Assembly (NCBI RefSeq): GCF_018350175.1
Contig: NC_058368.1
Coordinates: 209,500,001 to 209,564,000, forward strand
DNA length: 64,000 bases
Source: Felis catus
Taxonomy: Eukaryota
Reading direction: 5' to 3'
The notes below the pieces were generated by a model. It was given only the letters and a program-made list of their open reading frames with translations. It ran no database searches and was not told where the DNA came from. Shown here piece after piece: positions 13,101-28,100 of this stretch (position 1 is its first letter; each line of letters begins with the position of its first letter). The position numbers and the translations under genes are program-made.

Positions 13101-16100
13101 TTTGTTGAGCAAACTGACAAGTTAAAAATGCATGTACACTATTTAATATTCTACTTCTAAGTATACCTAGAGAAACTCTTAAGTTGTGATACAGTTATAT
13201 ATGTTTAAGTAAAAGGAATCTGGTATTAGTTTTATGTATTAATAACAATGTTGACTGAAAAAATTAGCTATATCACTTCTGTAAAATAAAAAAATTCTAC
13301 ATTAAATTTATGCAGATAAATAAATAAATATATGGAAGGAGCTAAACATTCTCATGATACCTGTTACCAAAGATAAGGAAGGAAAGATGGGAGAGAAAAA
13401 TCAGATTGGGACAGTGACCTCAACTTTCTTGATCTGCAGTTTTCACTTATTCATTTACTTAATTATATATATATACATATATATATATATACATATATAC
13501 ATACACACTATTATATACATACACAAAATTCTGAAAATAACAGAATATAGAAACAGAATCATTCCTGTTTCTTTTGAATTTTTTGTAATACTTTAAGAAC
13601 TTGGAAAAATTATAAGCATTGATAGGTAAAAGCCATAAAACCAAAAGCAAATCTTAGCTATAATTTACTCAACAGTGAGAGTGTTCATTACTTCTGCATG
13701 AAAATTAATTACATTTTATTACATATTATTACAATTATATGTATGCATTAGTATAGACAGTTATAATAATCACTTACACATCCATTATCTCACTTCAACT
13801 TACAAGGTGATACAAAAGGCTTGTTAGGTATTATCATACCCAATTTACAACTGAGCAAACAAACTCATATTAAAATGATCTATATGTTTTGTGACTAGTA
13901 GATAAAATCGTCAGTACCAGAACTCAGGTTTCCTAAAAACTAATCCTGTGCTCTATATAAGGATCCTAAAGACCAGTCTTAAAAGTCCTAATTAAGAACT
14001 TCAGTTTTACAAGAATCGTAGAGAATTTAGGTGCTGCTTCCTATAAAAGTATGGAGTTATAAAAGATTCCTTACTTTTTTATTTGAGTCCTCTTCTGAAT
14101 TAGAGTCCTTCTCTGATGATGGTAAATGTACAACACACTGAATTAGTTGCAAAACCAGTGCTGTAACCATCTGAATATACATAGGCTCTCCGTCCATATC
14201 ACTACTATTTAACCTTTAATGAAGAAGAAAATATTTAAATCATACAAAGAACGAAGAGAAGTTCAACTTGACTCGTCATGTTATCATCTGAAAATTCAGG
14301 ACACTTTACCAATATTTCTAGACATTATCTTTAGTGCTTACAATAGTGTCCTTATGTCTGTTTTTAATAAATTAGAAAAAATACCAATTCAATGCCTATA
14401 AATACTTAGATAACTAAAGTGGTCAAAGGAAAAATACAATATTTAATACAAATTTCTATACTTTATATGCACTGCAGATAAAAATTTATAAATGGATAGT
14501 ATCAAACATTTCTCAAAATGATTTTTAAAATGAGGAAAGTCTTCAAGATTTCCAAATGCCCATGCATTCTGGTACTCATTTTCTTATTAAAATTTGCTAC
14601 ACAGTCAGCTCTTGATCATCTATCCTAGGGTACGAGGCCAGTGGCACAGAATGTAAAAAATCAAATTCTAAATCTTCAATTCTAAAGATACGGTAAAGGT
14701 GTAAGACTTCTCTTATATGCTGATAGTTTTTCTTTAGGTTTAATAGACTATACACAATGAGGCTAAAAAATTAAGGTAAAAATAATTATTTTATGTAAGA
14801 TAGCCTTCAAAGCAATCTAAACATAATCCTATATGCCAGGTTAATACACTTAATCAGTCAGGAATATTATAATGATAGTTATGATAATGATACCCTATGA
14901 CAACAAAGAAAATCATGTTGACCACAGCAGTGTATAACATTTCTCAGTTACTCTGTGCTTACTGAATTAAGAGCCTTTAGTCTCCATGACTTCCTACTAT
15001 ATAAAGGATTAAATTTAAGTTCCTTAGTATGGCCTATAAAACACTTGAACTGCCTTTGACTTTTTCAAGCCCTATTTTCTATTATGGCTTAACCAAGGAT
15101 GATTTTGACCCTCAGGGGACATCTGCCAGTGTCTGGAGAAAATTTTGGTTGTGCCAATTAGAAGGGGAGGCAGTGGTTCTCTTGTCACCTAGAAGGTATA
15201 AGTCAGGGATGCTGCCAAGCATCTTACAATGTATACAACAACAGTCTTGTACAACAAAGTATTATCTATCCAAAATGTCCACAGCACCAAGACTGAAAAA
15301 CCTTATCATAGATTTTTACACTTGAGGATGAAGGAACTTCTTTAAGTCCCCCAAATGTGCACTGTTTTTGCACATATCTGAGTTATTCTTCATGCTGCTC
15401 TGACTGAATTGCCTCGCTTTTATCTGATCACTAAAATAAAAATCAGGGATGATGAGGAATAAATATATAAGGATTATAATATAATGCAATTCTTCATTGT
15501 ACGTGGTCTTTGCTATAATTAGTTACCTGAAGTTCCTCAAGCTCCTCTTGCTGGTTGGTAATCTTGCAAGTGAAGTAAAAATTTCTTCCAAAATTAACTG
15601 CCTATGTTTTTCATATCTTGAGAATACCTGTTTAGTAATTATAAGATTTCAAATTATTATAATTATTTAAAAACAGAAATACTATATCACGTGATAAAAA
15701 ATATCTGCCATTTAAAATAAAAATGTTTTCAACATCTTCAATGACAATGACTTAATCTGTACAACTTTTCCATCATTAATTATAATAACATTCTTGTAGA
15801 AGTTAGAATATACTAGTTTCATTTATAGGAGTATGCTACCTTAGAGATGAAAGACAAGATTTAAGTGATTTTAAATAATTTTGATTTAATTGTAGATATT
15901 CAGGAATTATTAACTGAAGTATTTTTAAAAGTTTAGAAGTGTTTAAAATATAAGGCACACAAAAACAGTCCTTATGTTGAAATAAATCTATGGAAAACTT
16001 GAATCTGCATTAATGTTGGCAAGTTTGGATATATTTTTCTGGGGGGGGATAACAAAAAGTATGAATTGATTATACTTACTGCAGTGACTAACTTAATGGC

Positions 16101-19100
16101 ACACAATTGTAGTTCACTGACATTTTCCACAAAAAATGGTGTTATTCCCATTGATGATACCTGTACACATAAAAAAGTAATCAGTATACATCTCTAGTTA
16201 ATTTCAGAAACAGTCTACATTAACTAAATTTCAAAACATTCATAAACTTACCAGAAAAAACGGAGACAGCATTTTCTTTACGCTCATTAATCATCAGTAT
16301 CTACCTAGTTCTGTTTCTGCTCCTTTCACCCTCAAACACATCAGCACATACCTTCCTTTATAGTGGCCATTCCTCTGATGTCCCCATGTTGGGTTGATAA
16401 ATGTCACAAGAATATAAAGAAACAAAACATTTTGCTACTCTGGATGAAAATATCCTGGCATATTTCAAAGGAAATGATCATTTATCTCTAAACTCTAAAT
16501 TCTAGAATTTAAATTCTACATTCACCTATCCTGTGCCCTAAATGTTTCTTTTTAAAACTTCCCCAGACTTGTATTTCTTCACTTTAGATATACTCTGAAT
16601 GGAAAAAATTAACATAGTGATGCCATTATTACTGAGTAAGCAAGGTTATACTGAACTCAGACCCTGTATTCTTAAGTCGTTTGGTCTAGAAATGTAACAA
16701 AATGCTTCAAAAAACACTTACCTGAAGAATTGTTGTGTCTGTGAGAAGTTGTATCTCTAGCAATTCTGATAAGCTGCTAACAATGTCACAAACTTTATTA
16801 TAAAGCATTACTATTACTCTCTGCTTGTGGGTAGAACATTTAGCCCGTTTTGCTTTTGAACTTAACAAGCCTCCTAAAATGAAAAAAAATTCAAAACAAG
16901 TAATTTATCAACTTTTAATAATTTTTAATAAACAGTAATAAAACTGTTTTATGAATTAAGGGAACACTTTTCTAGGGGGAGGGGGTGGTACATAAATATA
17001 CAAATAAAGCTGGTATTTATTAAAACAGAAATATTCTGGGGGCCTCTGGGTGGCTCAGTTGGCTAAGCATCCGACTCAGGTCATTATTTCAGTTTGCGAG
17101 ATTGAGCCCCATGTGGAGGTCTACGCTGTCAATGCAGCTTGGGATTCTATCTCTCCCTCTCTCTCTGACCCTCCCCTCCTTGCTCCCTCTCTCTCAGAAA
17201 TAAACAAATATTTAAAAAAAAAGAAATTTATTCTCTAGGGATATTTAGATAGTAGTCGTTCTTTTTTTTGTAAGTTTATTTATTTCGAGAGAGAGAGACA
17301 GAGAGACAGAATATTCCAAGCAGGCTCTGCACTATCAGCATGAGCCCAATGCAGGACTTGATCTCAAGAATGGTGAGATCATGACCTAAGCCAAAACCAA
17401 GAGTCTGATGCTTAACTGACTGAGCCATCCATGCGCCCTGTAAGTAATCATTCTTGTAACAGATAATCTATGGCACATTTCAGTGGCTACCAAAACTCTT
17501 ATAAAATACTTACCTTTCTATTTTTTCTCATTGGTGCAGAATGGTAAGATTCTATTTCCCTTTCCATTAACTTGCAATTATTAAACAATAAGTAATTAAT
17601 TATAGATTACTCATGAACACCTAGTATATCCCCCTCTTTTTATTAAAAAAAAATTTTTTTTTTAACATTTATTTATTTTTGAGAGAAAGAGACAGCGTGA
17701 ACAGGAGAGGGCAGAGACAGAGGGAGACACAGAATTGGAAACAGGCTCCAGGCTCTGAGCCGTCAGAACAGAGCCCAACACAGGGCTGGAACCCGTGAAT
17801 CATGAGATCATGCCCTGAGCCGAAGCTGGACGCTTAACCAACTGAGCCACCCAGGTGCCCTCCTCTCTTTTAAAATATATATACGTTAACTATTTCACTG
17901 TTCATTTATAAAGGTTATAAATAAGACAAAGAATATACATCTTGAATCAATTCATTTTGTGGATAACCTATATTCTGCATAAAATTAGGGGGAAGGGATA
18001 AATAGAACCAAAAGCTCATATTATCTGGGATTTTTCCCTAACCAGTAGAAATTACTTCTAATATATGTAAATATTTGCTAAAGAAATTACACTTAAACAG
18101 TACTAGATTAACTAAAAGTTCTATACTCTAGGTAAATTAAAGCCAGTATTTATTATAATTTATGGGATGTAATAATTTTTGGCCATTTTAGGTTCTTGCA
18201 TTCTGACCAATCCAACATAATAAAATTATAGAATAATTTGACATCATACTCAACAGCTTTCAATATAAAAAGGCAAACCAACCTCCATGAGGATCTAGTC
18301 TGTAAACAGGATCATACTGAGGATAGAGCGTATTCTGCAAATGAAATTTAGTGTATTGTATAACTCTTTCAATTACATCCTCAATATATACAGCTTTTGG
18401 CATGTTAGGGGATGTCATAATGTTGATAGTTGTAAGACAGGCATCTGCTGATTTTGTAACTCTCTCCATAATAAGGTCTCTCCATAATCTTTCTTCTTCT
18501 TCAGTATCGTTATTCTATAAAATAGCACATTGTTAGTGAAATGGAAACAAACACTTTTATAGATTAAAATATATATTAAAAAAGAGATATATTTGATTTT
18601 CCCTAGTGGAAACATGTTAAGTATTTTTATGTATGTACTTTTTTTTTTTTAAAAGTAAGCTCTACACCCAATGTGAGGCTTGAACTCACGACCCTGAGAT
18701 CAAGAGTCATATGCTCTACTGCCAGTCAAGTGCCCCAGTGCGTGTACATGCATGAACATCAGGAATGAAGTACAAAACTGATATTACTTTTAAGATTTTT
18801 ATTTCAAAGTTTTCAAACATAATATACTCTATCTCCTAATTTCACCACTAGATGACACTCCAATGACAAAGTTATAGTTATCTTTATCTTCTATGTACTT
18901 TATCCAAACCTAAGATTTATTAGCTAAAGACTGTAATTTATATAAATAATTTTGTGTTTGGGGTATAAACATTATGACAGTCAAAACTTTAAGTTCTGCT
19001 TGCTATTGTGAGAACGAAGCAAATATGAAAACAACAGTAGACCTCACTTAAAAGTAGTAAAATGTAATAGTCTCATTCCTATTACTTGTTTTCAAACATA

Positions 19101-22100
19101 AACAGAGATTAAAGTGGTTATTATGCAGACTACTGAAAACATAATTTATTTTCTAAAATGGATAATTCAACTGACAGAAGACTGCATTTTAATTTACATA
19201 CTAGCAACTTACATTATAATTGGGAAGGAGTGCTTTTAATCTTACTTTGAGAGTGAGAATCCTATCACATCCTTAATTTATGAAATACAAACTTTACACT
19301 CCAGGAATACTTTCAAATGCATGTTATTCAAAGCTTATATACATTGGGAAATGAAACAAACAAAATCATGATATATGTAAAGCAGAGAAGGGCTTTCTAA
19401 TCACTAATGCCTAAAAACTCCATTATTTTTTCCTACTTCTCTAAGCATTTTTTTCATTTTACTGCTTACATACCTACTCATTAAAAAAATAAGATAAAGT
19501 AGCCTTTCTTAGACAATAAAATTGTTGTATGGAATAGTCAGTTAAGAACGTTCATCATTCATGCCAAATATTAAGGCTACCTGCAACACATTAAATAATG
19601 CTAAGGCTTCAGGAAGTAGAATAATTTCAGTAAGACTGAGTCTGCCAGCTCTCCAGAACTCTAGATTCTTGACATTTGTTACAATTTCTTGTCAAAGTCT
19701 TTTTAAAAAATTTGTAGATTAAGGACGTAGTCGATTGCCACTATAGGTTTCTCTAGGCCCTCTGTTTCTCATTCAAAAACTAATTTAAAAAGGGCATTGG
19801 AAAAATATAGATATATTTAATAGAAATATCGTGAGATTAATTTTCTAGATTTTTTATTCCATGTAGATCACTTAGCAATCCTGTGGCTTCTACAAATACC
19901 AAGAACACTTCTGTCATAAGATCCAGTGCATGTACTAAGTGTTTTAGGATACATCAAAAGTGTTAATAGTGGTTACTGCTAGATGAGAATATGGACGGAC
20001 CGTTTTGAGCTTGTTGTGTTTTGGAAATTTTCTATAATAAATACAATAGTTTTGTAATCAGGTTTTAAAAATAAGGAAAATTCAGTAACTCAAAACTTTC
20101 CCAAATTCTTATCTCATAATAAATGCCTATAAGCATCAGTGTTTCTATTTATTAATGGTAGAGCTATCAAGATCAATTCGAATATAGACATGATTTTGAA
20201 AGTCAGCTACACTGCTAGGAAGGTAGATTCCAGGTCATTTATTTCAATCAGTTTATAAACCATTACATTATGTTGCTACTGCTTTTCACATAAAGGTACT
20301 AAAATACATTAACATTTGCTAATGTTTATTGAGAACTTAAGATGTGGAGACACTGTTAAGTACTTAACATGAATTATTTGATTTAATCTTTTCAATGACC
20401 ATTTGAACAAGGTATAAAAATGGTATATAAGGATTCCTGTTTTAGGATACATTAGGAAATCAACATAAAGTTTCTAACTATTTAATTCTTCAGGAAAGGT
20501 CAAGAAAAAGAATTACTATCATTTCATAAATGAAAAAATATTTTAAACACACTCATCCACTTACACAAGGAAGAGCATAATGTAAGATTAAAGATCAGTT
20601 CTGTAAACTGAAATGAATTTAAATCTGTTGCTTATGTCAAAGCAGTGAACTGACAATGTAATTCTGAATTACTAACTGTAAGTTAGCAGCAGCACTAATG
20701 AACATAACTAGCAAATGGTAGTTTAGCTTAAATTAATGAAATTTGGGATTTCCCTACAAATCAAAGTTCTTTTGTAAAAACTTTAGTAAAGGTAAAGGTA
20801 AAATTAACAATATGGATCTTAAACTTACATGATTTAACAAAGTGGAAAGCTTGGACCCATCTTGAATATTCTTCTCCAAGATATTTAGGACTTTCACAGT
20901 TTTGTCAGTGGAAAGCTGAAATAGCAACACAATTTTTTAAAATCAATCATTTGTAAAAGTAATAAATTATTCAAGAAACATTGTGTACAATTATCACCTT
21001 TGGGCTACAGAATATATTAAAGAGTGAGAAAAGAAAATTTTCCCACTTAGATTCTCTATTTAAATCTGAATTATGTAGAGAATTAATCCCTTGTTTCTCA
21101 AGGACAGAAAAGCAAACAAAGAATGGGCACAAATGCACATTACTACTCTTAACATATAGCTTGTGAAGACTGAGTTTGTTCTGATGCCTGGCCCCTGTTC
21201 TTGCGGCAGTGACCCTGAACATGCATATGAACGAACGAACACACACGCATACTGAGACTTTATGTTTATTTTTTGGAGAGAGAGAGAAGGAACACAAGTG
21301 GGGGAGGATCAGAGAGAGAGAGGGAGACAGAAATCGGAAGTAGGCTCCAGGCTCTGAGCTGTCAACACAGAGCAGCATGTGGGGCTCCAACCCATGAACT
21401 GTGAGATCATGACCTGAGCAAGTCGGATGCTTAACCAACTGAGCCCCTAAATTTTTATTTTAATATTTATTTTTGAGAGAGAGAGAGACAAAGTGCAAGC
21501 GGGAGAGGGACAGAGAGAGAGGGAGACACAGAATCTGAAGCAGGGTCCAGACTCAGAGCTGTCAGCACAGAGCAGGACGTGGGGCTTGAACCCATGAACT
21601 GTGAGATCATGACCTGAGCCGAAGTCGGATGCTTAACCAACTGAGCCCCTAAATTTTTTTTTTAATGTTTATTTTTGAGAGAGGGAGAGACAGAGTGCAA
21701 GTGGGAGTGGGCAGAGAGAAAGGGAGACACAGAATCTGAAGCAGGCTCCAGGCTCTAAGCTGTCAGCACAGAGCCCAACACAGGGTTTGAACCCACGAAC
21801 CGTGAGATCACGACTGGAGCCAAAGTTGGATGCTTAACCCGACTGAGCCACCCAGAGGCCCCAAACTACCAAGACTTAAAAAAAAAAAAAAAAAAAAAAG
21901 GTTATTTATTTTGAAAGAGAGAAGGGGTGGGGAAGAAAAATGGGCGCACAAGTCAGGGAGGGGCAGAGAGAGAGAATCCCAAGCAGGCTCCACACTGTCA
22001 GCACAAAGCCTGACACAGAGCAAGATCTCACGAACTGTGAGATCATGACCTGAGCCAAAATCAAGGGTCCAACACAGCCAACTGAGCCACCGAGGTGCCC

Positions 22101-25100
22101 CTAAACTACTGAGACTTTGGTAAACTTCCCATACTTTGAAAATACTCAGCAAATTCACTTTGTGAAACAGAAATAATAGCTATATATAATAACAGAATTT
22201 ATGAAATAAACTTAGGATTGGAAGTGTCATCTCAGAAAACTGATGACATATTCCTATACAATAAATCAATCTCTCTTTCTGCACATAGCAATACTATGAA
22301 CTAATAGCACATTAATTATTGGTTAACTATGTGATATGTCTGGCTTTAAAACACAAATTCATGGAAACCCTTGTGCACTACTGGTGGGAATGTAATTGGG
22401 TGCAGCCACTATGGAAAACAATATGGAGGGTCCTCAAAAAACTAAAAATAGAACTACCATAAGATCCATCAATTCCACTTCTGGGTATTTATGTGAAGGA
22501 GAAGAAAACACTAACTTAAAAAGATATATGCACCCCCATGTTCACTGCATCATTATTTACAATAGCCAAGACATGGAAGCATCCACAGTGTCCAGAGATG
22601 GATGAATGGGCAAACAAAATGTGGTATATACATGATGGAATATTATTTTGCCATAAAAAAGGAAATCTTGCCATATGTGACAACATGATTGGTCCTTGAG
22701 GGCATTACACTAAGAGAAATAAGTCAAAGACAAATGACATATGATCTCCCCTGTGGAATCTAAAACCAACATAAACCAACCCAATTCACAGATACAGAGA
22801 ACAGATAATTCTGTACAACAGGGAACCTGCCCTGGTTAGAAGAGGAGAGGGGCACCTGGATGGCTCAGGTCATGATCTTATGGTTTGTGAGATCGAGCCC
22901 AGCGTCTAGCTCTGTGCTGACAGCATGGAGCCTGCCTGGGATTCTCTCTCTCTGACCCTCCCACTCAAACGTTCTCTCTCGCTCTCTCTCAAAATAAATA
23001 AATAAATTTAAAAAAAAAAAGAGAGAAGAGGAGGAGAGAGGATTCATCTTGAAATTGTATCTGCACAGCAATCATGCAGTAGTTTAGGAAGTGAATGGTG
23101 GCTCATAAAGATTATGGGAAGCCATCCCTTGATGCTGTCACTATTGTCTGAAGTTATTATCAATGAAAAATACTCTGCTATTTCATTAGAAAAGAATAAG
23201 ACTATTTAGCAACAGAGAGCTCACAGGAAAGACAACTCACAAAAATTATTATAAAGCCTACAGCAATGAGACTATGTACTTATTAACAATTAATGTGCTG
23301 AAACTGTAGCATTACCCTTTTACCACACTAAATGGCTAAAGCAAACGCCAAGGAAAAATTTAGTGTATTTCTACATTTAAATAATCTGAATATCTGAGAC
23401 AATAACAAGAAAAACAGTGGGGAAAAAAATCCAGGCCCATGCCTCTTTCGGTGCAATGAGATACAGTTTTCTTTAGAATAATTTACAGAATACTTCTTTG
23501 ATTCAAGTTTAAAAAAAAAAAAAAAATTCAGTTAGCCTCTCAGAAGGCAACCAGAAATTGTTTTCAGTATTATTTACTTTATGTAAACTTTGTAATTTGC
23601 CTTGGAAACTTTAATTTCAAAGATCAGACCTTAAGTAAATATATAAAATTTACTTTAGTGAGATACCTTATCCATTATACCCATTGCTTTAATTTTAGCA
23701 GATTCACTGCCGAGTTCATTAAGCTGGTGTTTTCCTAAGAGAAGTTCCTGAGGAATTTCATCATCATCACCTGAAAAACCAAACCAAACAATTAAGGGAG
23801 AATACATAGCTCAAAATAGTAAGTTTAATTTTTTAATAAAATTTCTGGACACATAGACAAATACAAACAAACTAAACAAATAACAACCTAAGAGGCTTCT
23901 GCACACCTCAAGCGCACCCCTAACGAGCGAGGACAGGGATTAAAACTAGAGCTCTGACTGGGATGGAAAGAGGACTCAGATCTCGTGTCTTCACTCTCAA
24001 CCAAGTTCTCTGCCCCAGGGGGCTGACCTGTGTGCACTACATAACAGTCTCTCATGCCCTCTGGCTTCTGTTTGGGTACAGCTAGTGCGGTGCCCTGTCA
24101 GAAGATCTAAAGAGAAGGAGAGTGAGGTCAGGGTATTTATATCCGTGACTCCTTCCCTGTACGGTCTCCTCAGGCTGCCTATGTCCTCTGACCAAAAGGT
24201 TACTGCCTTTTTTCAAGGCAGTCTACGATAGTTTTTTCCCTACAGAGTTCTGGTAACTTCTCTTTACCCTTGTTCCTTTCGGAGCAGCGATGGTAACAGT
24301 TTCATGGTTGTTAGCCCTGGATTCTGGCACTATTCTGTCCCTAACTCTGAAACTGGTCTCTTTGTAAGTAAGTCCTCCTCAAATTATCCCAATTTGAGAG
24401 TGTCATCTGTCTTCTGGTTGGGATCTTCAATGACATGGGAGACAGTTTCTCAGCACACCACTGGAGTTTTATAAATGACAAAACTGCTACTCCAAATAAT
24501 GGAGAAATGCATTAATGATACTTAGGGAAGTAACTCTGACAAAACAAATATTTTTAAAATCAAGGGTAATATAATATAAAGGGTAATATACCTTTTAAGG
24601 CATTTTCAAATAGATGGACTCATATCAGAAATTATTGTATATCACATGGCTTTTGTAAAATTAGGTAAAATGTTCGTACCAGCTGAAGGTGGCATAAAAT
24701 GGTTGAGAATAGCTCTAAACACTGCAAACACATTACATTTTCATATTTATAGATATGATCTTTACATATTATTATAAAAGGAATATATAAATATTACATT
24801 AATCCTATCGTATGTTAATTGGTTTACTATTTTGTTTTCCGTATAGATTCTGTATTACTTGAAACCAGGAGCTGGGATATTTATCTTTGCATCTCTAGCA
24901 CTTAATATATTACTGACAAAGAGCAAGTATTCAATAAATATTGGCTATAAGAATAAATGAGCAGATGCATGGGTTCCTGTTTCTGCATCCTTGCTCAAAT
25001 TAGTACTTAGGTCCTTATCTAGGACCTACTCAAGTCTTACCTGTGTTAAGGTTTCCTTAATTACTCTCACCTACCTTGGTAACTGCACTTTCAGGATTCT

Positions 25101-28100
25101 TAAGACACTATCAATAATTAATAATACCTGATTTTTATACTAAAGTTTTCAATTTACTGACAATATAGACTACACTTGACTCTACAACCAGATTTCAAGT
25201 TGCTTGAGAGCACTTAATCATGCCTCTGTATCTACTAGATAACTGGCAGAAAGCTAGACACATAGGTAAATAGATACATTTAAAATTGATTTTATATTTA
25301 GAAGTAAATATATATTAAAATGATTTTACCAAATGCAGTAAAATCCATATCTTCTAAATTATCCAAAATATTCTCTATTGAGGCTGTGAATCTCTTAAAA
25401 GTTGAAGAATCCATCATTTCTACAAAAAGAAAAAATAAAAACTTATTATGATCATATTACAAGTAGAATACTGAAGTTGAACACTATGAACAAAGACAAA
25501 AATTTACCTTCAGGTGTTAGTTTTGGTTCATAAGCTTTCCTCTTCTTCTGTTTTTCTTTCTTCTTCATTTTTCTAGCAACTAAATCAAACAAAAGAAATA
25601 TTGAAATACAGGAAAGACAACTTAAAATATTTCTATTCTTGCGCTTAGGTTCTTCCAGAACATTAAATACTTAAACAATAACCACTGCCATTCCAAACTA
25701 AATACATACTTTTGTCTTGATTAACAACTAGGAGTTGTTAATGAACTCAGAAAAAAGTATCAAAGAGTCTTCAAAGTTAAACCCCTAAATTTAAGGTGGC
25801 TTATGTAAGAAATCCGTTGATACTGATGTATTACCCTCACTAAGGCTGGGAGGAGGAGAATAATCTTCCATGTCAGAATCTGATGGGCTTCGGTTTCGAT
25901 AACGACCACCACCTGAACTCCTTCTTCCTTCATGAGAGTGGCCACTTCTCCTATGATCCCCAGAGCTTCTTCTGTCACGTTCTTCATATTCCCAAGCTTT
26001 ATCATCATCTTTTTTATGTCGTTTCCTAGAGGCTAAAAGCAAATCCCCATGACAAATAATTTACCTCATTTAAAAAGACTATTAAAGCTTGTACTTCACA
26101 AATTTACCACATGGGGGAAAATCATTGTGTGGGTCTAGGAAATTCTGAGTTTTTCTGTTTAATCAGAAATATGAATTATGGTATAGAAATAGTATCACTT
26201 ATTTTAGCAATATCTATCTACATTTAAATATTTTTACATGAATTTGGTTTGCTAACAAATATAGATAGGAATGTTCTGGGAATTAAACAGCACTCATTTC
26301 AAAGAAAGATATAATCAGCGAGTCAGTAAAGATAATATCTAACCATCAGGATGAATTAAGGCATGCAAAACAATCTTTATTTAGGATTTGGATGAAAAAC
26401 AGAAACACCTTAAAGCATTTAGATTACTGATGGGGAGTAGGGTTTGGAGGAAAAGTAAACTTTTGAGAAAGTGTTATAGAATATGGGGTAACCATGTATA
26501 CCAACAATTAAAAGTCAAGTTAAGCCCACAATTTAGGTAAAATTCAACAGACTGATAATCTAACGTCACAGGCCTACAGAGATAGAATAAATCCATACAG
26601 TTGCAAATACTCACACTGAATTCAGTTCCCCAATAACATATTTGCTTAAACCCAAAGAAAAAAGCTTTTAAGCTTATAAATGCTATGTAAACAAATTTAT
26701 GTATGTTACCTTCAGTCCCTCCCCCATCTTTCCAAGGGTCTAAGCATTCTGCTAAAATCACCAGTATTGACAGGAACTTCTAGGCAGAACTGGCAAACAG
26801 ATTTCATCTGACACATCAACTCTGATCAAATGGTAATAGCTGCCAAGAACATTATATTTCCTTGAGAAAGCATCATATTTCAGCAAGAAAGACTGATTAG
26901 AAATGTCTGTCCTGTGAGAGCCTGAGGGCAGTACAAGTGACAAATATTTACCATACCTGCTCTTGCATGCAGTACCAACAACTTAAAACTAGGTTAGAGA
27001 AGTAATGTGTCCTACATCTTGGGATTCTTGTTTTGACCACTTGTTGCTGACAATGAAATACTTTCTAATCGTTGAACTAAATGTGACTCCCTTGCTTTCT
27101 TGTAGCTGACTTCTATTTCAAATCCCTAACTATGATCAATACTCAAATACTTAAGACAAAAATAATGCTTGAGTCCCCTTAAATTCTTAGATTTAAGGAT
27201 GCCAATCTTACTAGCATAGATAGATGTATTCTACTACGCTTGTACTGGTGCCCTTATGTGTGAATAAGCAATGCCTACACTCTGGCTAATCTCATCCTTA
27301 CATGCTGCCTTAGCTGTTCCTATTCGAGAATCTAGTTTGGTTTCTGGTTCTGGACCCTTCTGTCCAATCTACTGACAGTATGGCAGAAAAAGATAATTTT
27401 GTTTCCTCTTTTTGGTCATAGACTTGGCACAGAAAGATGGTTCATAAAAAAAGACAAATGTAAATGCATATATTTAAATCTCCAATGATTTTCTTCATAA
27501 TTAGGCATAAATTTGACTATGAAATATGAGGAAGAAGTAGGACTTTCTCCCCTTTTGCAATTAGGGTATGCCCCAGTACGTTCTCTTAGTTGAGAGGCTG
27601 CCTTATAAACTAATATAAGGGGTGTGTGTGTATGTGTGTGTGTCAGAGAAACATTTAGCATTCAATAAATACTTTTTCAACAAGTACTAACATACCTATC
27701 AAACATGAGGAAAAACAACTAATAAGCAAACTTGTTCAGAAAGAATTCTATGACCTCAAATATGACCTAGTCCTTTTGAAACTTAATTTCATACGAAATC
27801 CATTTCAAGCATTCAATTCTATGATTAGAAAACGCTTGAAAAATCTTACAGTTGTTAGCAAGAACATACAAAATACCGTACCGGTGATAATTTTTATAGG
27901 CCTTGAAGATTTTTTGTTTCACATCCATTAAACTTTAGGAAATTTGGATAAAAATAGGACAGCAAATTAGAAAAAATTCCCACCCAACTTCTATGATACA
28001 GTGTGTTGTAATAAGGTTATCAGGATCCCAATTCATTGTTACTAGTTTATTCTTTTGCTATTACTCTCAAGAAGTAGGGGAGGAGCTCAGTAGACAGGTA

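Noticed and set aside
16871..16876. TAG-GAG tandem (NAGNAG) acceptor at exon 18
   Set aside because: GAG is rarely used as an acceptor and the proximal TAG gives the expected GGG-LLSS peptide
17508..17520. Orphan consensus donor AAG|GTAAGT on the minus strand (similar ones near 16250 and 31545)
   Set aside because: No convincing upstream acceptor within exon distance
20971..21438. 155-aa ORF and the many similar short ORFs containing GHDLTV, SLSLS or polyK
   Set aside because: Translations of CanSINE sequence and its tails
23655..23666. Exon 15 donor GTATCT as a possible U12 intron
   Set aside because: Reads GTATCTCA, not GTATCCTT, and no U12 branch motif is visible at the exon 16 acceptor
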